Shown here one piece after another: positions 53,651 through 64,000 of a DNA stretch of 64,000 bases (the stretch's first letter is position 1; every line of letters starts with the position of its first letter). The stretch comes from Amoebidium appalachense (lineage: Eukaryota > Protista > Ichthyosporea). The DNA lies in the NCBI GenBank assembly GCA_963693365.1, contig CAVNZM010000006.1, positions 9,551,355 to 9,615,354 on the forward strand, in the 5' to 3' direction. The translations under genes and the position numbers were made by a program. The notes beneath the pieces are model-generated. The model worked only from the letters and a program-made list of their open reading frames with translations. It searched no databases and was not told where the DNA came from.

Positions 53651-55560
53651 GGCCCCAACGCAAAACAGTGCACGAATTCCTACCGGATCTTCCTACCGAT
53701 TCAACTGATTTGGAGATAACACACGGCATAACAGCTGCTTCGTCATTACTCGTTTTCATTGTGATTATCTCGTGAATGTGATGAGTTCTTCACATGTTCG
53801 TCTACTATGACACACGACGGGAAAACCGGCTTCTGTTCACGAAGTCGGGCACCGAAAGTTATTGTTTTTTTCACCGATTCAACTTATCGTTATGCGACGA
53901 TGGGAGTCCCGAAACGAATCTTGATGGCCTTCCGGAGATGCCATATCCATTGTTGGTTCCGTGGTGACTGTTGTGCACGAAAGATGTGTCGATTCGTTCG
54001 TATCAACATGACCGATGCCATCCGTCTTCGTGTGTGATCGATTCGATGAATCGTGGAGAAGACGAAACAAGGCTGCATGTGGAGACGTTTTCTTCCCCGG
54101 TTTTTATTCTTTTTGTGTTGTTTTTTGGCCCTTCCGACGGCAAGCGACCCCACACACATCCACACGAACACGAATTTCGATTGGAGCTTCGGCATGCAAC
54201 AAACATTTGGCTACTTACTAAATACAGCCGGCAGTTTGCAAATGGCCTAAGACCAAAGACCAATACAGTGTGATAAGCTCCGCATGGTACCGGTGATCAA
54301 TACGTTTTTCGAAATGTAGCCGGCAACACTAAATTCTGTGATTAGCCAGCGTGTTTTTTAGGTGAACGGCCCTTCTTTAGTGTCTATGTTATGTTTTGTG
54401 TTTTTTGTCGTCAAATCATGCACAGCCCAGGAATCATCCGACGGCAGGAAAGCAACCGAAACTTGTGGAGTCCTTTTACATTATCGTTTGTGGCTGAGCC
54501 TCATTCGAATAAACCACCCCCGGTGTGTCGTGACGTATCGTGATACGGGTGCCTCCTTTTCTCCTCACGTACGAACACTTGATTTCCCTTCCGGCCACAC
54601 ACCACACACTCACAGGATTTGCAGGACGGGCAAGTTACACGTGCAGCCCTCGCGTACCATTGGTTCACTAGAATGTGTGCTATCGAATCAGATTCGATCG
54701 AGCCGATTCGAATCACCAACGGCAACGAGAAGCGTATTCAATGGATGTTATGTACAGACTGTGGTGTTTATCTATGTTCGGTTATCGAGTTAGTCGTCAT
54801 TTCTCGATAACGCACCTTGTATGGTGATGACTAAAAAGAGCTTCGCCATATATAGGCATAGCTGATTATGTTGCTCGGTGACAACGGCGGTGGAAACGGT
54901 GACGTCATCGGTGACAAGCTTCATAGCAGCATCACAATGACGGCTAACTGAGGTCAATAAGACTTCAGGTCTCGAAATCCCGATTTAGAGCTTAAGCAGC
55001 AGGTTTAGCATTACCATTTATGGAACCCATCGATTTTGCAGGGCTGCGGTTTCACACAGCGACTCGTCGCTATATGCACATTCCTATGTTTTCCCGATTC
55101 TTATCCCGAATATTTGCTGCCAGATCACCTTCTCAATCCCACTACGGTATCCTCGAAGGGGCCTGTGTTATCACCAGGTCGGATCGAAATCTTTTCGCCC
55201 AATCCAATCACAATCGTGTAACGAGATCACCACGCTGCTCCAATCGAAGGAGGATACCCAGATGGTAGTGTTACTGCATTGTCGGAGTGTGTAAAATCTC
55301 TGTCGAATAATGTTTCGCGCAAAATCCCTTTGTTTCCCTGTTTGCTCCGTGTTGTTGTCGAGCCACACCAACCAGTCTGAGATCATCAGTTTCGTTCGGC
55401 AGATCTACTGTGCAGGCAGGGTGTCGGCCAATATGTGCATAGGTGGTGTGGTTGTGTGCATGTACATTTGCGTGCATGTATATGCTTTGTTATTTCTGTT
55501 TTATTTTTATGGTTTTTTTTGTTTTGTTTTGTTAAGGAGGAGGTGCGGGGCGGTACCGGT

Positions 55561-55630
<70 letters not shown>

Positions 55631-55763
55631 ACAGCAGAAGAAGCAGCAGGAAGCTAATCAGGATGATCGAGTGGACCATCTACCAGGCAACACTGATTAG
55701 AAGTGATGGTAAATCCCCCCTCCCCCCTTCCCCCTCTTCCTCCTCCTCTTCGCCACTCGCACG

Positions 55764-55866
<103 letters not shown>

Positions 55867-56207
55867 CTCACACTCACGCACACCATCTGCCTCCCTCCCC
55901 CTCTCTAGCAACCTCCCTTCTGCTGTGCATCTGACTTTGCCTTCAGCCCCTGTAAGCTCTGGGCATCGTGTTTTCTATAAACTAGCCGGGCATGTTGGCC
56001 TACTTCAAAACTTGATGTTTTCCCTTTGGCATATGAGGAGAATTTAGAAGACCGTTGCTAAGAGGTGCATGTGGTGCCTGTGTGCTGACCATATATGGTG
56101 CTATGCTAATCCGATGCCTTATCTTTCGTATTATGGTTGCGGCAGTTGATTTTGCAAATATGAGCTGTTTCTAACTTGCTCAACCTGATCCCCCCCTTCC
56201 CCTTCCC

Positions 56208-56238
<31 letters not shown>

Positions 56239-56393
56239 AAAAAAAAAAAAAACGCTCGCCCCCAACACACACACACTCACACACACAACCGACATCGTGA
56301 CTTCAACTTCACCTTTTCCTTTCGTACTATTATGATCCACATAAAAAGTACGCATGTACGCATGTACCTCATCCTCCCTCTTTCCTCCCCCCC

Positions 56394-56656
<263 letters not shown>

Positions 56657-57142
56657 TCTCTGCACTTCCACACCACCCACACAGCACCTAGTTTCACAGG
56701 CACATCATGCACGGATGCTCACGTTCATCTTCTGAATCACCCATCTTGATGCGAGAAAGAGTCTTGGACTGGTCGGTGGTGGCCAAAGGTCGTCTATGGG
56801 CATCAGTGGCCACCGTGGCTGAGTCCACGCATGCTGTGATGTGAGTGGAAGGCAGCCAATTGAGAGGTGGTGTATGTCAGGATCTTCCCATCGTGAAAAC
56901 GCTGGTGTGATTTTAGCTCACCCACCTTATAGATCTATATTGCTGCCTGACTTAAAGTCTACCAAGGTGTGCATACCGAACTGACTACCAGGTTTGAACC
57001 GGGCCCCGGAGGCTGACTAATAGTGTGTAGATAGGCACGAGGTGGATGCAGCGTACTTGTTTTGATTTTAAGAGGGATGTGTGTGACACGCGGCTGTGTG
57101 TGATGCACTAGTTGTGTGCATGTGTGGTGTGTGAGTGTGTGT

Positions 57143-57173
<31 letters not shown>

Positions 57174-59113
57174 GGGGGGGGGGGGAGGGGGGGGGAAGGG
57201 GGGATATAATTAATATAACCACGGCTGCAGTTCTAGTTCAGAATCTGTATTGTTTGACATGGGGAAAAAAATCTTTGCATGTTATGTCGTGTGCGGTGGG
57301 AGGTGGTGCCTTCCAGATTATTCGTAAGGTGAACGAAAGAAAATATATGATCATTTGCAGAGTTCGTGGTTTCTACACCCCCCCCTCCCCCCACTTTTTT
57401 TTTTTTTGACTGCAGCTGCGTCATTGACGCACGAAGGCGTATTTCAAGCATTGTGCAAAGCCAAGCCTCCCCCCCCCCCCCCCCCCCCCCCCCACGCACA
57501 CACACACACACACACACGGGTACACGTGCGCCCACTAGCTGGCATGCCCGGCTCTCAGTGGCCCTGAACTCAACACCCAACCGTTCAAGTACAACGTAAT
57601 TGCTCTGGTCACCGCCAACATTGTGCACGGGGCCCCACGGATGTACAGGTAGTAAGTACTACTTAACTGAAAATCGTTTCTGAATCAAATTGTCGAGCTC
57701 GAAGTCAAAACTTGTAAAAACCCTAATCATGATTGTCGAAGGTCAGGCTCCGTTATATTTGCGCACGTTTTGAGTCTGAGGGGATTTTTTTAAAGGTTCC
57801 TGGAGCAATCATGACTCGTGCAGTCACTATGGAATTTTAGGTTACCGATTTGCACAGCACCGTGACGGTGACCGTCCGTACTCTAAACACACTCTGCAGA
57901 CCTCGGCCGCGGTCTGCTGGTTTGCCTCGAGCTCAGGTCGAGAGGAGGCTGGCAGCTACATAGGGGAGATTCGATTGCAGGCACATGTACATACGAAGGG
58001 GTGAGGTCGTTTGGTGGGCCGGTGGGTTGTTTTGGCCCGTGGGTGCCAGTACTCTTGCGGGTGGGGACCGGGGGGAGGGGGAGGGAAGAGGAGGGGGGGG
58101 GGGGGGGGGGGGGGGGGATCCGGGTTCATGTACACTAATGTAATCCCCCCCAGTGGCATTATGATATAACTAGTTAACTCAACTGTTGCCTAATATTAGT
58201 GGGGCCCCAAGTTGAACCGCAATTATTCTGCTAAAACGAACGAAATTCTGCTTATTCAACGTCGAGCTTCATTAAGTGGGCGCAGCGGTGCTGAATACGA
58301 CCTTAATAAAAACAGGCTCAAATCAAAAAACCATTCAGTGGGCTGCAGTTAGCAAAATAATGGAAGTACTGGTAGCCTAAGGGAAACCAGGCCATAAATC
58401 AAAGTGATTTTGTTTAGTTGCATAGCGCAAATTTTTCCTTCTTTTTTTTTTTGTTTAGTTGCATGGCGCAAATTTTTCCTGGAAATTTTTCCTTTTTTTT
58501 TTTTTTTTTTTTTTTTTTTTGCATTTGCGGAATATTATATGTTGTTCTGTATTATTATTCCCTAATGTTTGGCATGGTGTGGAGTGGTCTGCAGGATCCT
58601 GAAGGCCTAGGGGAGATGGGGCCGAGACGGCGCTTCGCTCTTGGAATTTCTTTTCATAGTTTTCTTTTCTTCTTCTTGTTTTTCGTGTGTGTGTGTTGGG
58701 GGGGGGGGGGGGGGGGGGGGGGGGTCGTGTACGTGGGGGGGGAGAGGGGGGGAGGGGGGGGGGGGGGTTTGAGCGGAACGCATCTATCCCAAGGTTGTTT
58801 TATGAACACTGGCTGATGGGCGGCTCCTGGCCTGCCATTATGCATTATGATAGGTCAGCCTGGACCCAGCGCCGGATCGGACATTCGACGGTGCAACTTA
58901 ATTTTTTGGTTTGTTACTCTACTGCAATGGATCCTATTTGGACGAATATTGGACGGACAAAAGATTCTGAAGGCAGAATGAAGAAAAAGCATATCGGATC
59001 CAAAAATCCACAACAGAAGTAGCTGCTGGCCGGGACACAAAACAATAGACGAAGAATAGGTGTGTGTGTGTGTGTGTGTAATGTGTGTGCGTGGTTGTGT
59101 ACGGTGGGAGGAG

Positions 59114-59170
<57 letters not shown>

Positions 59171-59807
59171 GGTCAAACCTGAGCCCTTATACAAAACCAA
59201 CGCCTGAGCTACCGTAATGGGTCAAAACACACTGGGTAGAAACGAAAGATATCATATGCAGTAGTCACTCAGGAATTTGGGCTAACACGATTGTAGAATT
59301 ACATCATGCTGCAAAGGGAAGTAAATTTAAATCTTAATATAGTACAAATGTGTTATTCTTGGGTTCAGAGACTCTGTTGCTCTCCAACAAGTGTCTAAAC
59401 TACGTACATCGTACGTCTGGGCTAGAGTGTCGCTGCAACCAGGTGAAGAAAATATCCAACCCGTCTAGTATGGACCCTCCGGGGGTGTTGGGGGGGGGGG
59501 GGGGGGGGGGGGGGGAGGGGGGGGGGGGGGGGGGGAGACACAAGCACTATATAAAGGTACAAACAGTGCGCCAAGGCACAGCCAACACATCATATACACT
59601 TTTACATGCACAATTTATCAAACATTATTGACCTCCACCACCACACGTCCGCTAATCTACGTACCGCCGTGTGATATACCTTTTCCCCTCCCCCTGCACC
59701 ACAGACTGTTGTGCATTAGCACACACATCACAACGGCTGTTACATGTGTGATTGCGTGAATATTAGTGCACCATGAGGTGGATGGCCCAATTTACGCGTG
59801 TGAGATA

Positions 59808-63682
<3,875 letters not shown>

Positions 63683-63958
63683 CTAGTGTAGGTGGGGAAG
63701 TTATCAGATAACGTTGCCTATGCTAGATTAACCTATAGTCGAATTATTGAAAACCACGTGTGGATAGATTAAGTAGTGTTGTCGGCACCTAGAGCTGAGT
63801 GTTCATTCATTGGTTAAAATGACGAGTGGGTGTAGAAAAACGGATTCACAGTAGTATCTGTACCAGATGCGCATACATGAATGGTGTGTGCCACGGTGTG
63901 TGTCTGTGTCTGTCTGTGCGTGCCTGTGCATGTGTGTGCGTGTACGTGTTTGCCTGTC

Positions 63959-64000
<42 letters not shown>

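Noticed and set aside
58596-58640. CTGAAGGCC...GGCCGAGAC, like a minimal type I hammerhead
   Set aside because: Both core strands deviate (no CUGANGA, GAGA instead of GAAA) and there is no stem I.

Overview
Eukaryotic genomic DNA, probably from a unicellular holozoan-like protist (inferred from a metazoan-type mitofusin and a class I PI3K). Genes have GT-AG introns packed with poly-G/poly-C, (CA)n, (CT)n and (GAGT)n tracts, so most ORFs in the supplied track are repeat artefacts. Spliced genes assembled by hand: a TMEM63/CSC1/OSCA channel (-, runs off the left edge), eIF4E (-), a 49-aa membrane micropeptide candidate (+), mitofusin (-), two tandem paralogues with Unkempt-like CCCH fingers, a Q/P/M/G-rich region and a SAM domain (-), MRPL41 (-), an RRM/SR-like protein (+) and the 3' end of a class I PI3K (-). 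The most unusual signal is a repeat family, mostly intronic and abutting (C)n tracts, with dispersed copies and a 3 x ~450 bp tandem array. It resembles a Penelope-like element or retrozyme. Its minus strand carries a co-varying RNA structure with all three hammerhead ribozyme core strands (GUU, GAAAC, CUGANGA) in an order that fits none of types I, II or III. All structure calls were made by eye; no folding or database search was run.
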